Of a DNA stretch of 64,000 nt, positions 37,711 to 49,540 are shown piece after piece; positions within the stretch are counted from its first letter, which is position 1, and every line of letters begins with the position of its first letter. A program made the translations under genes and the position numbers. Below the pieces are notes generated by a model. The model had not been told where the DNA came from and did no database searches. It saw only the letters and a program-made list of their open reading frames with translations. Source of the stretch: Camelus ferus (lineage: Eukaryota); contig NC_045696.1 in NCBI RefSeq assembly GCF_009834535.1, positions 117,430,001 through 117,494,000 of the forward strand, in the 5' to 3' direction.

Positions 37711-38037
37711 TAGGGGTTGTCTTTTTCCATAAAGAGCCAGACAGTCAGTAAATTAGGCTTGGTGGACCAAACAGTCCGTCACCACTACTGGAACTGTAGC
37801 CAAAAGTACTACAGACAAGACATAAATCAATGGCTGTGGCTCCTTTCCAATGAGACTTTATTTATGGACACTGAAATCTGAATTTCATGTAATTGTCACA
37901 TATTGCAAAAGATTCGTTTTCTTTTCATTGCTTTTTTTAATCTTTCAAAAATGTAGCAACCATCCTTAGCGTGCACACAATGTGAAAACAGGTGGTGCAC
38001 TAGAAGTGGTCTGAGAGGTATGGTTTGTGGGCTCCTG
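37711..38037 (+). mobile_element. MER58B hAT-Charlie element
   Basis: 'taggggttg...taaagagccagacag...ccaatgagactttatttatggacactgaaatctgaatttcatgtaatt...aaaacaggtgg...ctcctg'. Flanks gtctagat / atacagat. Confidence 0.85.
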
Positions 38038-39075
38038 ATACAGATACAGACGTAGCTAGAGAGCTGGAGATCACAACCAATTGGGGTGTGACAAGAAAGA
38101 ACTGAGGAAAAAGCTTCATGGAGAAATAGCTTTTGGTGGGCGCCACGAAGAAGGGGGCTGTTTGGAGGAGATTGGCAGTTGGATGGGAAAGGTAATGAGG
38201 AGTGCAGGGTTGGGGAGAAGTAACCAAGGTCAGTAGAATGTCAGGCTGAGGAGTTTGGTGGAATTGAGGGATGAATGGCTCAGGAGCTGACCCTGAAGAA
38301 TCAGGGAAATATTTTAAATAAGAGAAGAATTACCCCAGCAGCCATCCAGAGAGTGGAAGGAGGGATGTTTGTGAGGACAGGGAGGGAGCTACTGCAGCCA
38401 TCCCGCGGAGTGATCATAAAAGGCACGGCCTTTCAAACTGGCCACGGGACTAAGAATGGGAGGAAGGATTTGAGGGACAAGGATGAAGCCAGGGAGAGAT
38501 TTGGCGGGAAGAGGGAATATGGCGGCTGAGAAGAGAGAAGGAAGCAAATCTGACTCTGCGGTTCTAGTCTGGGAACATGCAAAGGGGATGTCATGAACAG
38601 AGACAAAAAGGACAGAAGGATTCGTTTTAGAGGGATTATAGGAAGGACAATGCACATCAAGGCAAGCATACAAAGGAGTTGATGGTCCCCTGGTTCTGAA
38701 AGCGGTTTTCCACGTACAGCCTACCTTCTCCAAGCTGCATGCCATCGACATCCTCCCATGGATGATGGAGATGATCTCAAATCAGCATGGAGCGTCACCT
38801 CCCAGCAAGCTGTTTTTGGGTGCTATCAAAATCGGGGCTCAAACAGTTGTCATTCACGTCATATGTCTTGGCAGAGAACAGGGGAAGAGCCACTTGGTAC
38901 CAACCACTCCCAAACTCAAGAATTTAAATCCTCACATTCACCAAAACGCCTGAATAACTGGAAGCTGGACTTCGTTCCTGCCTTACTTCTTCTTTATCTG
39001 CCTGTTTACTGGAAGTCTGGATCTCGAATGACGTTTGGATATCAGGTGAAGTTGAGGAATCAGTAGCATACGGAG

Positions 39076-39198
39076 CAGCGCTGTCCAGTAGAACATTCCG
39101 CAGTGAGGAAATTCTTCTGTATCTGTTCTGGCCAGTGTACTCCAATATGGCGGCCACTAGCTCATGTGGTGACTCTAGGTATCCAGTGGGCAGCATGA
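39076..39198 (+). mobile_element. MER3-like hAT MITE, internally deleted
   Basis: 'cagcgctgtccagtagaacattccgcagtgaggaaattcttctgtatctg...tccaatatggcggccactagctcatgtgg'. Confidence 0.8.
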
Positions 39199-42032
39199 AG
39201 AGTATCCGAAAATCCCAAAAAGAGGTGGCATTTTAGCATGGGAAGAGGCAGACGAGGTATTAAGGAGCACATGAAAGAAGGTAGCTAGAAAAACTCCCCA
39301 AAATAGCTTAAGGAAAGCTAAGGAGGAAAAGAAACTTTAGAAAGGAGGCGTAGTCATCAGTTTCAGCAGGTGTAACCGACATGAAGAGACACAAAGACAA
39401 GATGTTTTCACAGACTGTGGATGTGGGGTGACGGCTGGTGACCTGATACCTTACAGGAATGTGATGAGAGAATCGAGTCGCAATGGGTTTAAGAATGAAC
39501 TGGTGACCAAAGCGGAAGTAGTAACAGTGATCACAGCCACCACCGGGACGTGACGTCGCTCACAGGGAACTACTCCGGAAAGAAAACAAACAAAAAGGCG
39601 TGCTTCTCAAAATCATGTGTGGCTTGACTCAGAGTTATTGGAAAGACCAGACTGGGAAAGGCCTTGAAATGATTGTATATCCTGAATTCTAGGATGCCTT
39701 CAATTATAAGGTGGTTGATCAATATAATAACAGCTTTCTTTGGAGGGGGCAGGGGGAGGCCACCACTTCACACACACATATTAATTCAAATCACCAGACT
39801 TTCTAGACTCAAGCGAAGGTAGTAATTACAAAGGTAAAAGGTTTTTCTGTAAAACCCATGGCTTTTTTTTTTCTATTGGAGGAGGAAACTTCAGGTATGT
39901 GGACAGACTCCAGACAATTTTATCACGGATTCTCAGAGCATTCTGGCTAAACATTCTTGTGCAAATGGTAGCCAGAGTGAAAAATATACAAAGGTTGCCA
40001 CAAGAGGTAATGATGTTAGGACAAAGAACAGGGGATGAGCGGAGAGGTATGTTGACTTGGATTCCAACGAGGGTGGGGACCATATTTTTCTGTCACTGGC
40101 CTCGATTACAGAGATGAGTCCAGTCTAGGGGTCAAAACCACTCTGAGCACATGGGTCTGTGAGAGACCACATGCTTCGGTGAACTCCGGTTTCAGGTGAG
40201 GCCACTTTTGAGAACTGGTGGCAAAAGGACTTCATCAGGGCTGCTACGTCGTTTGACAGTCGAAAGAGACACAAGGCTTTCATCCCCTGTCCCTGTCTCC
40301 ACTCCTGCCGTTTTGGGAATCCCAGCTTAGAGGCCAAAACTGAGCCTGTTCCTCCAGCCTTCATCTGTGCAATTACCATCAGCATGGCCGCCAGCCCACC
40401 TCTCTAGGCTTTGTGTGCACATTGAGGAGTATTTCCTTTCAGTAAAGACCACAGAATCCTAGAACTAGAGAAGTCATCCTAAAACTACCCTCAGTCTGAT
40501 ACTGTCATCAGACAGCTATTTGTTTATCCTGCCCCTGAAAGATGACTATTTATTTTCTTGCAGATTCCCTAGAGACAGAGACGTGACCTTCTGCCTTGTT
40601 TGTCTGCTGCTGCATCTTATCCAGATGTGAGACCCCCCTGTACATCCGTGGTGAGATGCCCCAACCTCGATGCTGAGGGTCTGGGTTCCACTGGGGACTG
40701 TGTTCGAATCAAGACGTCAGGGCCACTAAGTTCCTCCCCACAAAGAAACAGCTTCCTGTTTCTTTCTTGCATGTGTTCAGTTCATTTCAAAAATAATCAT
40801 GGTCGTTCTTTGCCCTTTTGTCCAGTTTGTTTCTCTCTCTCGTATTCTTTTTTAATTAGGGAAATCTAGGGCAACATGGTACGCCTCTGATTCTAAATGT
40901 CGAGACAGGAAAGCTCTTCAAACTCAGGGTTTCCGTGGCAAATGCAACTCGGTCTCGCTACCCAGTCACAGAGGCACAAGCATTAACATTTTATGCTATA
41001 TGACTAAGTATTGCACTTTCGGAAAGCGCTGGGATTAATGTTACTATGACAACTCCAAATTTCTGACTTTTATGTGTGTACAATTTCAAGGATACAGTTG
41101 CATTGTAATGCAAGCTTGTTTATAAAATCTCGCTTGACCACTAAGATATTTATTACAAGTCTTCACGGAGACCGATAGAAAGTGTCCCCCCTCCAACCTC
41201 GCCGCTCACCAGCACGCATCAGTGAAATAGATGGTGGTGTATATGTGGTGGCAAAATATTATGAAATCAATTAAAATCTTATTTCTTTTCACAGTGGCTA
41301 TACTTATAAACACACACATACAGTATGCAGCCCTGGATAAAAATACAAATAAAACATAAAGAGAAAACATATAAAACCTCATAAATATACAGTATCCTGC
41401 CTTATCAATATTCATTTATGCATATCTCTGCACTCACGCATTAATAAAAAGCACATATATTGGATTTGAATGTGTGAGGGATGGGCCGGGACGCTGTAAT
41501 CAAGATATTCCAGCTCTCTTCTTCACGGAGAAGTATTACATTATCTCTCTCAGCCTATTATGTTTTCTGAAATTTCCAAATGTATGTTTTGGCCTCTTCA
41601 ACTATAGTCTTCTGCATTTAAGTAATGAGAAAGTTAAGTACAATAAATGGATCACTCAAGGGCATTACAAAGAATGTTTTGATCTATTTAGAGCCTTTAG
41701 CTTCAGAGCAAAGGCCGGGTTTGGTGTGACCTGAGTGAATTCCAACTGTTTTGTTTCACTAACAAGTGAAGCATATATTTCAATAGAATTAATGTATGAC
41801 TGGCTTCTCCAAGAAGACTCCATTTCAGGGGGCGGTGGGGGGGAGCTCCTTTCTAAATTCCCTCAGAAATTTTTAAGAAAGCATTTTGAGTCCACACGTG
41901 AGCGATGTCATATGGCATTTGGCTTTAGTCCTTCGATAACTATGTACATTGAAAAAGCTAAAGCCCTAAACTGTCCTTAGAAACAATCAACAGTACACGG
42001 ATGTAAATTTCAAAATGGTAATAATAAATAAG

Positions 42033-42066
<34 letters not shown>
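42033..42066. repeat. (TAGA)n microsatellite
   Basis: Directly visible, about 8 units. Confidence 0.95.
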
Positions 42067-42067
<1 letters not shown>

Positions 42068-42807
42068 ATAAAAAGCATCTCAAATGTCACGTCAGTTGGG
42101 AGGATCTGAGGAGTGGCTGGCCCCACAGCTCTGTTTTATTTCTCTTCGTAATTAGCGGTGCGAAGACGGTTTCCTTCCAGGACTCAAAGTGCTAGCACTG
42201 CTTTGTGAGACATCTGGGCTTTTTCTCAGCTGGGTCTGACCTGTTTCCCCATGGGACACGGGGTACAGGGCCCCCTGCTCCCTTTTCATTTGGTAACTGT
42301 GAATGCTGAGGCCAAACCCAACTCGGTGAGGAGATTACTGACTGTCTTCTGGGCTTTCGTGTCCCTTATGTGTCTCCCTTTTCTATGGTTTTTGTCATTC
42401 CTTTGGCAACGATGAGTAATGCGCCAGCATTCTCACGGAAGACCAGTTGTTTTATGGAACCAGGATGCATCGTTAGCGAATTAATTCATTAGCATCACCC
42501 TCCTATTATTGAATCAATCAGTCTGTAGAAGCAAGATGCCCTTAGTTTATAAAAGACTTTTGTGCCTGTGCGGGAATAATTGTGAACCTGTTTTTCTAGA
42601 AAGAGTTGAGGAAGGCATCTCACATGGAGTTCCTTTGTGTCCCGACGCAAAACAGCTAGAAGAACGTAACAGGGGCCAGAGGCAGCTCGAGGTGCCAGGG
42701 GCCACGGGGTCCAACCCAAGAATTATAATAAAGCCTCCAAAATGGAGTCCTTGATTGAATAATAGCCCACACTTATTGAGTTCTTACTGAAAGCAAGGTG
42801 CTATTTG

Positions 42808-42912
42808 TCTTTTTTCTTTTTTCAATTTTCTTTTAGAGGAGGTACCAGGGATTAGAACCCAGGACTTTGTGCGTGCAAAGCACATACTCTACCACTGAGC
42901 TATACCCTCCCT
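42808..42912 (-). mobile_element. Vic-1-type SINE (short-tail form) with TSD
   Basis: tRNA-Ala-like body. TSD aaggtgctat(t/g)tg at 42795-42807 and 42913-42925. Confidence 0.92.
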
Positions 42913-42948
42913 AAGGTGCTATGTGAAGTAGTTTTCAGTTACACGCTT

Positions 42949-43459
42949 TTTTAAAATTTATTTTTAATTGAAGTATAGACAGTTTACAATGTCCTGTCAA
43001 TTTCTGGTGTACAGCATAGTGTTTCAGTCATATGTGTACATACATATATTCGTTTTCATATTCTTTTTCATTATAGGTTACTACAAGACATTGAATGTAG
43101 CTCCCTGTGCTGTACAGAAGAAACTTGGTGTTTCTCTCTTTTATATATAGTAGTTAGTAGCTGCAAATCTCGAACTCCTCCCTTCCCACCCCTTTTCCCT
43201 CCTGGTAAATAAGCTTCTTTTCTATGTCTGTGAGTCTGTTTCTGTTTTGTAAATAAGTTTGTTTGTGTCTTTTTGTTGTGGTTTGGTTCCACATATAAGT
43301 GGTATCATATAGTATTTTTCTTTCTCTTTCTGGCTTATTTCTCTTAGAATAATGATCTCCAGGTCCATCCATGTTGCTGCAAATGGCATTATTTCATTCT
43401 TTTTATGGCTGAGTAGTATTCCATTGTATACATATATCACAGTTTCTCTATCTAGTCAG
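42949..43459 (-). mobile_element. 5'-truncated camelid-type L1 with TSD
   Basis: Minus ORF with MPFAATWMDLEIIIL plus 3'UTR. TSD cagttacacgctt (42936-42948) / catttacatgctt (43460-43472). Confidence 0.92.
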
Positions 43460-43808
43460 CATTTACATGCTTCAATCATCACAAAAGCCCCATAAGGATG
43501 AGGCAATGACACAACAGAGGATGCAGTGATTTGTTCAAGTTCATACAATCCAGAAAGCAAAGGAGCCAGGATGTGAACCCAGGCAGCCTGGCTGCAGACT
43601 GCTCTCACCTGCGTTTCTAGACTTAATTTTATCAGGTCTCTTAAGGAGATTCGGGGTTTTAGGCATAGAGTTTTAGACCCCCTGGAGGCACCCCTATGAC
43701 CATCTCCATCTGAGGGTGTAATAGATTTTCCTGTAAGTGAAGACTTCAGGGCAGTTGCCTCTCTGTTCAGACAGTTTTACCTCCTGCAAGTCTGATTTTC
43801 AAATACAT

Positions 43809-43884
43809 AAGGTCCTACTATATAGCACTGGGGATATTTAATATCTTGTAATTGTCTACGATATTAGAAAAAGAACATGAAAAG

Positions 43885-43928
<44 letters not shown>

Positions 43929-44011
43929 AAATGAATCACTATGCTGTACACCAGAAATTAACACACTTAAACATTGTAAAACAACTGTACTTCAATAAAA
44001 AAAATTTTTTT
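43809..44011 (+). mobile_element. Very short L1 3'UTR insertion with internal (TA)n
   Basis: 'aaggtcctactatatagcac...tgaatcactatgctgtacaccagaaattaacac...gtacttcaataaaaaaaa'. TSD aaatacat at 43801-43808 and 44012-44019. Confidence 0.85.
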
Positions 44012-44084
44012 AAATACATCATTGACCTTAAGTCAGTGAGATAAGAGAGGACCAAAGTTTTACCTTAATGGTAAAATTTTTCTC

Positions 44085-44625
44085 TTTATGATTGCAAAGG
44101 CTTTTTGTCTTATTATTAAAGTAATAACCTCTTATTTTAGGAAATTTATAAAACACCAACACTATCACTTAATGTTACATCCTTTTAATGATCACTCCTG
44201 GCAGTGATGCCATGGAAATTAGCCCTTTAACATATTTGTTGTGTCTGTTTTCCATATTTTGGATCACAATGTGTGTAGTAATTACTCATAATATTTAATG
44301 CCAGTGCACTAATATGCCAAAGACAAAGTGTCATATGCACCTTGTTTATTTTCTTTATAACAAAAGCCTCATGCTCCTTGTTTATGACCAGGTCAATGAC
44401 TTTATGATATTTCATCATGTGTAATACCTAAGGTGTTTATAATTAGACATTTGTGTTTTCTAGTTTTTTTTTTTCAACTATCATAGGGAACACCGAAATG
44501 AACATCTTTGTGTGTTTCAGATTATTTCTAACATGGATAAGGTAGACTTCTAGACGTGGGATTACTGTATCAGAGAGGGGGCCCTTTATAAGGTAGTTAC
44601 TGTCAAAGTAAGTGTTCCTAGAATC
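44085..44625 (-). mobile_element. Ancient L1ME-type fragment
   Basis: 'tagacatttgtgttttctagttttt...gaaatgaacatctttgtg...ttctagacgtgggattactgtatcagagagg'. Confidence 0.55.
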
Positions 44626-44945
44626 TACTACTCAACTCTCCCTAGAAGCCTGAAACATTAAGCGAACCCGCTGTTGCTCGGGGAGGTTGAGTTCAGGGAC
44701 GTGCCAGCCCTGTCACCAGACTAAACCCTGTTTGGAACTCACTGACGTCAGCCTCTCAGGACGGACTTCCCAAAGCCGTATGTCGAGAGTACGGCCTTGG
44801 CTTTCATTGCGGACAATCAGGACCAAGTCTTCGTGGGCAAAAGCACTGCTGAAAACATTGTCTCCCGTGTTGGTCACTGTTTCTCAAATAAGATAAACAA
44901 ACTTCATCCTGTCTGACTCACCGGCACAATCCATCTTCCTCCTGC

Positions 44946-44953
44946 AAAAAAAA

Positions 44954-45015
<62 letters not shown>

Positions 45016-45032
45016 TACTATATATATATATA
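44946..45032. repeat. Compound A-run/(TA)n/(CA)n/(TA)n microsatellite
   Basis: Directly visible. Confidence 0.95.
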
Positions 45033-47024
45033 GTTCCATTTTTTGCCTGGACAGTCGGAAAACCTACAACTTAAATAAATATCCCATAGTAGCCTACAAC
45101 TACAGACTTTTCATTAGCAAAATGTCCCGCCCACCGTTTCCCCCCCCCAATCATAACCTCCTCTTTTTGCTGTAAGTACACTCTCTTTCCTAGACAGTTT
45201 AAGTCCCACTTTTTGATGACTCTTCACTTGTCTTCAACATCCTCATGACACGCACAGTGCCCTGGTCTAAACACCAAATTTGAATCGTACATTAGAGTTT
45301 ATTTTTTTTACTTGCCTTTTATGTCCAACTTGGTGACTGGGCCATAGGAGGGCCTCTCTCCTGCCACATCCTGTAGGAACTCCTAGAGGAGAGGGTCTCC
45401 TAGCTGAGGTTTGTGCAGTGATCTCTCTGTGGTCTATTTGGTATTCCCCAGGGAAGGACAGCGAAGAGAGAAGAATCAGTTACTATCCCTTTTCACCCTT
45501 AAGGACTTGAAGTCCCTTTTACATCATAATAACCTGTAATAAAGGCACAGACACTTAAGTCAGGGAGTCATTCTCCTGCAATAGGAACGTAAACTGCTAA
45601 ACAGGTCCTGCTTTTACTAGGAGGACTACAGCTTAAGTACAAGTCCTCTACAAGATCTCAGCTAGAATCTTCTGAGTGGTTAGCGAAAAACAAATGTTGA
45701 CTCTACCAAGTATAGGGACCTAACCTCTCTTGGAGAGATGAGGGCATTTCTGAAAACCCCCCTTTCAGCTTGGTTAGGGTTTAGACATTGCTTTCTGTAA
45801 CCCTGCACCACGGAACCTTTCTCAGCGGCACTCCTTCCACTCAAATAAGGACTCAACCGGGCTTGAGGAAAGAAATCTAGGGTCAGTGTTCCCGTTAGCC
45901 TGGCAGAGGAACCAATCCATCGATGAAGCCGCCAGGTAATGAGTAAGTTGGAGGTAATTGAATTTTCTGTCTGGAGAGGTCTTAAACTCTCAGGGGGGTG
46001 AGAGAAGAAAGACAGACTTGTTGATTCAAGGGGCTCTTTAAATCTCTCGTGTCTCACATGTGGAAATGTCCAAAACTAGCTATTGAGATAAGATGAAGCC
46101 GCTTCAGAACAGGCAGTGACAGCTTCCCTTAATTCCATCAAAAACCTGCAACAGAGAAAATGCAGAAGCCATCACCCAGATCCGGGGGACCGGGAAGTAG
46201 CTAATGGAGCCATATATTCATCGTATTGATTGGTCCATTGATTTTTCTCCCCCGTTTTTAAGCACCCATTGCTTGGTCCTGTGCCAGAGATGCTTTAAAG
46301 AGCTTAAACAAAACTTACACCAAATCTTGCCAATGGTCCCCAAGGAGCCTGCAAAGTAACTTTCTCTGTTGGCCCAAGTGCAGCACACAGGTGAATCCCC
46401 TCCAGAAGAAATTGCAGAGTTCTGGATCCAAAAAGCTGCTCAACCTGTCAAATTAATAACCCCACCTGGGAGGGGAGGTAAGGAAAACCTAAGTGGTAAG
46501 CTTGGACTGTTGCGCCAAGAGGTTATGAAGAAAGAGGTTGGCTCAGGTGGTCCTGTGATTAAAAGTTGAAGGATTCTTATCTCAGCATCAGAGAATGGAG
46601 TGTATCCACTCTCACAGGACCAATCACAGATGTTCTGGGACCAGAAATTCCCTAATCCATTAGTGTCCAAACTCTACTGTGTTTGAGAATCATGGGGGCA
46701 TCATTCTTTTGATACCTGGATGCAACTTCATTGAGTCTGGTTCGGTCAGGAACAGGACCTCAGAACCTGCATCGTAACAAGCAGATTCCTAAGTGAAGGA
46801 GGTCTTTGGATTCAACTGCTCGAACTCTGCCAACAGGTTTCCAGAGCAGTGTTGTTTGTCGACTGCTGTGGATGACCTGGACAGGTGTAAAATGGACACT
46901 TAAATATTTGGAAGATTGATAATTATCCCTTGATTGTTGTCCCTTCATCCTCCTGCACACAGTAACCGAGAGAGCCTCTGGCCAACCCTCGAGCAACAAA
47001 AACACACCAAGATTGGCATTCTCT

Positions 47025-47400
47025 GGAAACCTTTGATTGCAAGTAGCAGAAACTGGCTTACCGACTTAAGTGAACTCAAGCAAAGCGATGTGACTTTATC
47101 AAGAGGCTACCATGGTACCTTATGGCGTTTGATGACCTGAGATCTGGAACCAGAAACACATAACTCTCTGCCTCTCATTTCTTCTTCTCTCAGCATCTAT
47201 TTCTTGAAACATTACTTCCTTGCTTCTTAATTTGCAAAGCAGGACACGGGTGCCCCAAGCAACCTAATTAACATGAGTTCTACAGGCCAAGATGAAATGC
47301 CAATTCTAACCTGGGTTGGTTCCTACCTAGGGTACAATCAATACAGATTCCAAGGTCATCCAGAGGTCAGGGGCCCCAAGAAGGGTGGAGGGTAATCTCG
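47025..47400 (-). mobile_element. Old MaLR (MLT1) LTR fragment
   Basis: 'ctttgattgcaagtagcagaaactggcttaccgacttaag' is the reverse complement of an MLT1 3' terminus. Extent uncertain. Confidence 0.45.
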
Positions 47401-48341
47401 ACCAGGGAGTGGTAAGGAACTGAAACTTTCAATCCTACTGTTCCTAGGCTTTCCGTTTATCTCAAATCCCCACACTCTGAATAGAGAGAACTCACAACAT
47501 ACTGAGCAGTATGTAGCCTGTCAGCAAGGAACCAGTCGTTCATAGATTGTTCTTTCTTAGAAGGAAAATAAAACATATAAACAGGATTTAGTCTCAGCAC
47601 CGAGTCAGCTCAAGGCGTAATTGTCAAATGAATGGAAAACATCTGATTCCCCTTACATTCTCCTTCCAAGCCTCTACACTTCACCTGTGTCCTCATGCTC
47701 ACCCCCCCCACCCCCATCTTCTTCAATCAGAGTATCTGTTATTTAATCATTCGCATCCAATATGCATGGGTTAAGTTGATCTGTCCCTTACTCCAGGGGA
47801 AAAATGACCACAGTAAGCTTAAAAACACCCATGGGAATGACAGAACATTAATTTCATTCACCCTGAAGGGACCCCTGTCCTGGAGCATCAGGCATGCGAG
47901 TTATTCCTTGTGGTAGGATTTTGGTGCATCTCACATTTGAGCAATAAAGCAAATCAAAAATGGACAGAGTATAATCAGGAGTCCTGATCTCAAAAGTAGA
48001 TGTGTTCTCAGATATATCTTTCGGCACTTTCCTGACCTATTTGCCTGTATCAGGAGAATTTTCTGTTTTTAAATATTTAAACGGGGTGTAAGAGTTCATT
48101 TCAGCCTCAGCGACAGGCAAACCCCATGGCACCCTGCCATGGACAGAATTTTCTTCCTGAAAAAATTCATCCTCCAAAGGTTGAAGGTGGAGGTGCGTGC
48201 GTGCGTGCGTGTGTTGCGGGGCAGGAAGGGGGGAAGTTCAGTCACAGCTTAGTAAACCCTGAATGCTTTACAAACTCCATCGTCTACTGCTGGAGGCCGT
48301 TTTCACCTACCCAGGTGTTCTGTTCCACTGGCAGCTAGTTG

Positions 48342-48343
<2 letters not shown>

Positions 48344-48395
<52 letters not shown>
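48344..48395. repeat. (GT)26 microsatellite
   Basis: Directly visible. Confidence 0.97.
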
Positions 48396-48396
<1 letters not shown>

Positions 48397-48734
48397 TGCA
48401 AGCGCGCGCACGCGCTGATTTTAATCAAGCCACAAACTTCTTTGCCTGAAATTTTATAAGTTCTTTCTGGATTTAATCCACGTGTGCATCTGAAGAAAGA
48501 ATTACCAACAAGCATCCTGTCCTGAGGCTAAAGACCCTTACAAAGCCGCCCATCAGAAACCTGAGCCGGCTTCTAATGAGCCTCCCTTTGAGTCCAGTGA
48601 GCACAACCACACCCTCTTCTTTGAGAGGAGATGAGCTCGTGCCCGTGAAACCTGATAGGACAGGAGGCAGCAATTTGCTTCCACACCTCTGCTTCCCTTT
48701 GGGAATTCACACTCAGAGGGGAGGTCCCTCTACA

Positions 48735-48753
48735 CTGAGCCACCTAGTGGCCA
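48735..48753 (-). promoter_or_regulatory. Candidate CTCF binding site
   Basis: Minus strand TGGCCACTAGGTGGCTCAG versus the CTCF consensus TGGCCASYAGRKGGCRSYR. Lies in non-repeat sequence. Confidence 0.6.
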
Positions 48754-48984
48754 GTGCGGAGAACAACAGCCAGAGACACAAGTCTTGGGGGACAAAACAA
48801 ACGGGGGACCCTCTTGGGGAGGGTGTGGCAGTGATTCCATGAGACTCCTGATAAGAAGGAAGCCACTGGACTGACAGGGCTTGTTTCTGCTACTCAGTTT
48901 GTCTTTTGTAACCACTCTGCAGGGAGATGGTATTATTGGTGTGATCCAGAGCAAAAATCTGGACAGCCACAAAAATGTGTCAAT

Positions 48985-49155
48985 CCTCACTCCACCGGTT
49001 GCTGATCACTCAACCTCGGACTAGTTATTCATCCTTGTGAGCCTCTGAAAAATCAGACTGATGATGGTAACCTCCAACCTTTGTTGTGAGAATTAAATGA
49101 TGATTTAATGATGTGCGGAACGTCTCGCACGAGGATGGGCTCAAAATGTTTTCAG
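48985..49155 (+). mobile_element. MIR SINE fragment
   Basis: 'aacctcggactagttattcatccttgtgagcctctg...gttgtgagaattaaatga...ggctcaaaatgtt'. Confidence 0.6.
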
Positions 49156-49357
49156 TGGATAACAAGCAAACACACTGCTAACCAGACTTGTCTGGGAAAT
49201 TCTCACTGTTTCTCCTTTGAAGTTAGATCCGTGCTTCTCTTGTGTGCTCAAAGATTTGATGACAGAGTTGCCTTTTGAGAAAAGAGGAAGAATCTTTTAA
49301 GAAGCACTGTTAAGTCAGTGTATTCCTCTTACCACTGTCCAATTCACTAAGTCAAGT

Positions 49358-49540
49358 AGGACCCACTGTAGAGCACAGGGAACTATATGCAGTTTCTTGT
49401 AGTGACATACAATGGAAAAGAATCTAAAAAGAAGAAATATGTATGCATGTATTTGTATAACTGAATCGCTTGGCTGTACATCTGAAATTAACATCGTAAA
49501 TCAACTACACTTCAATAAAAAATACAATTTTAAAAAATAA
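49358..49540 (+). mobile_element. Very short L1 3'UTR insertion
   Basis: 'aggacccactgtagagcacagggaactatat...ataactgaatcgcttggctgtacatctgaaattaac...cttcaataaaaa'. Degenerate TSD taagtcaagtag / taaatcaaggag. Confidence 0.85.

Larger units (their letters stand above)
37450..39530 (-). mobile_element. Fragmented L2, interrupted by MER58B and MER3
   Basis: 3' end 'ttcaatagaaatatttagtgagcactctatgtgcaag...ctctccaggagctgacagtct', then a purine-rich L2 body ('gaaaaagcttcatggag', 'caggctgaggagtttgg', 'tggtgacctg'). Confidence 0.6.
42755..43610 (-). mobile_element. MIR SINE split by a Vic-1 and an L1 insertion
   Basis: 'aataatagcccacacttattgagttcttact' lies on the left. 'aatcatcacaaaagccccataagg...gtgatttgttcaagttcatac...ggagccaggatgtgaacccaggcagcctggctgcaga' lies on the right. 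Confidence 0.7.

Noticed and set aside
42470..42496. Palindrome around GAATTAATTC as a hairpin RNA or MITE
   Set aside because: Only a 10-bp perfect core with degenerate arms, and no TSD or TIR. Compatible with chance or a homeodomain site.
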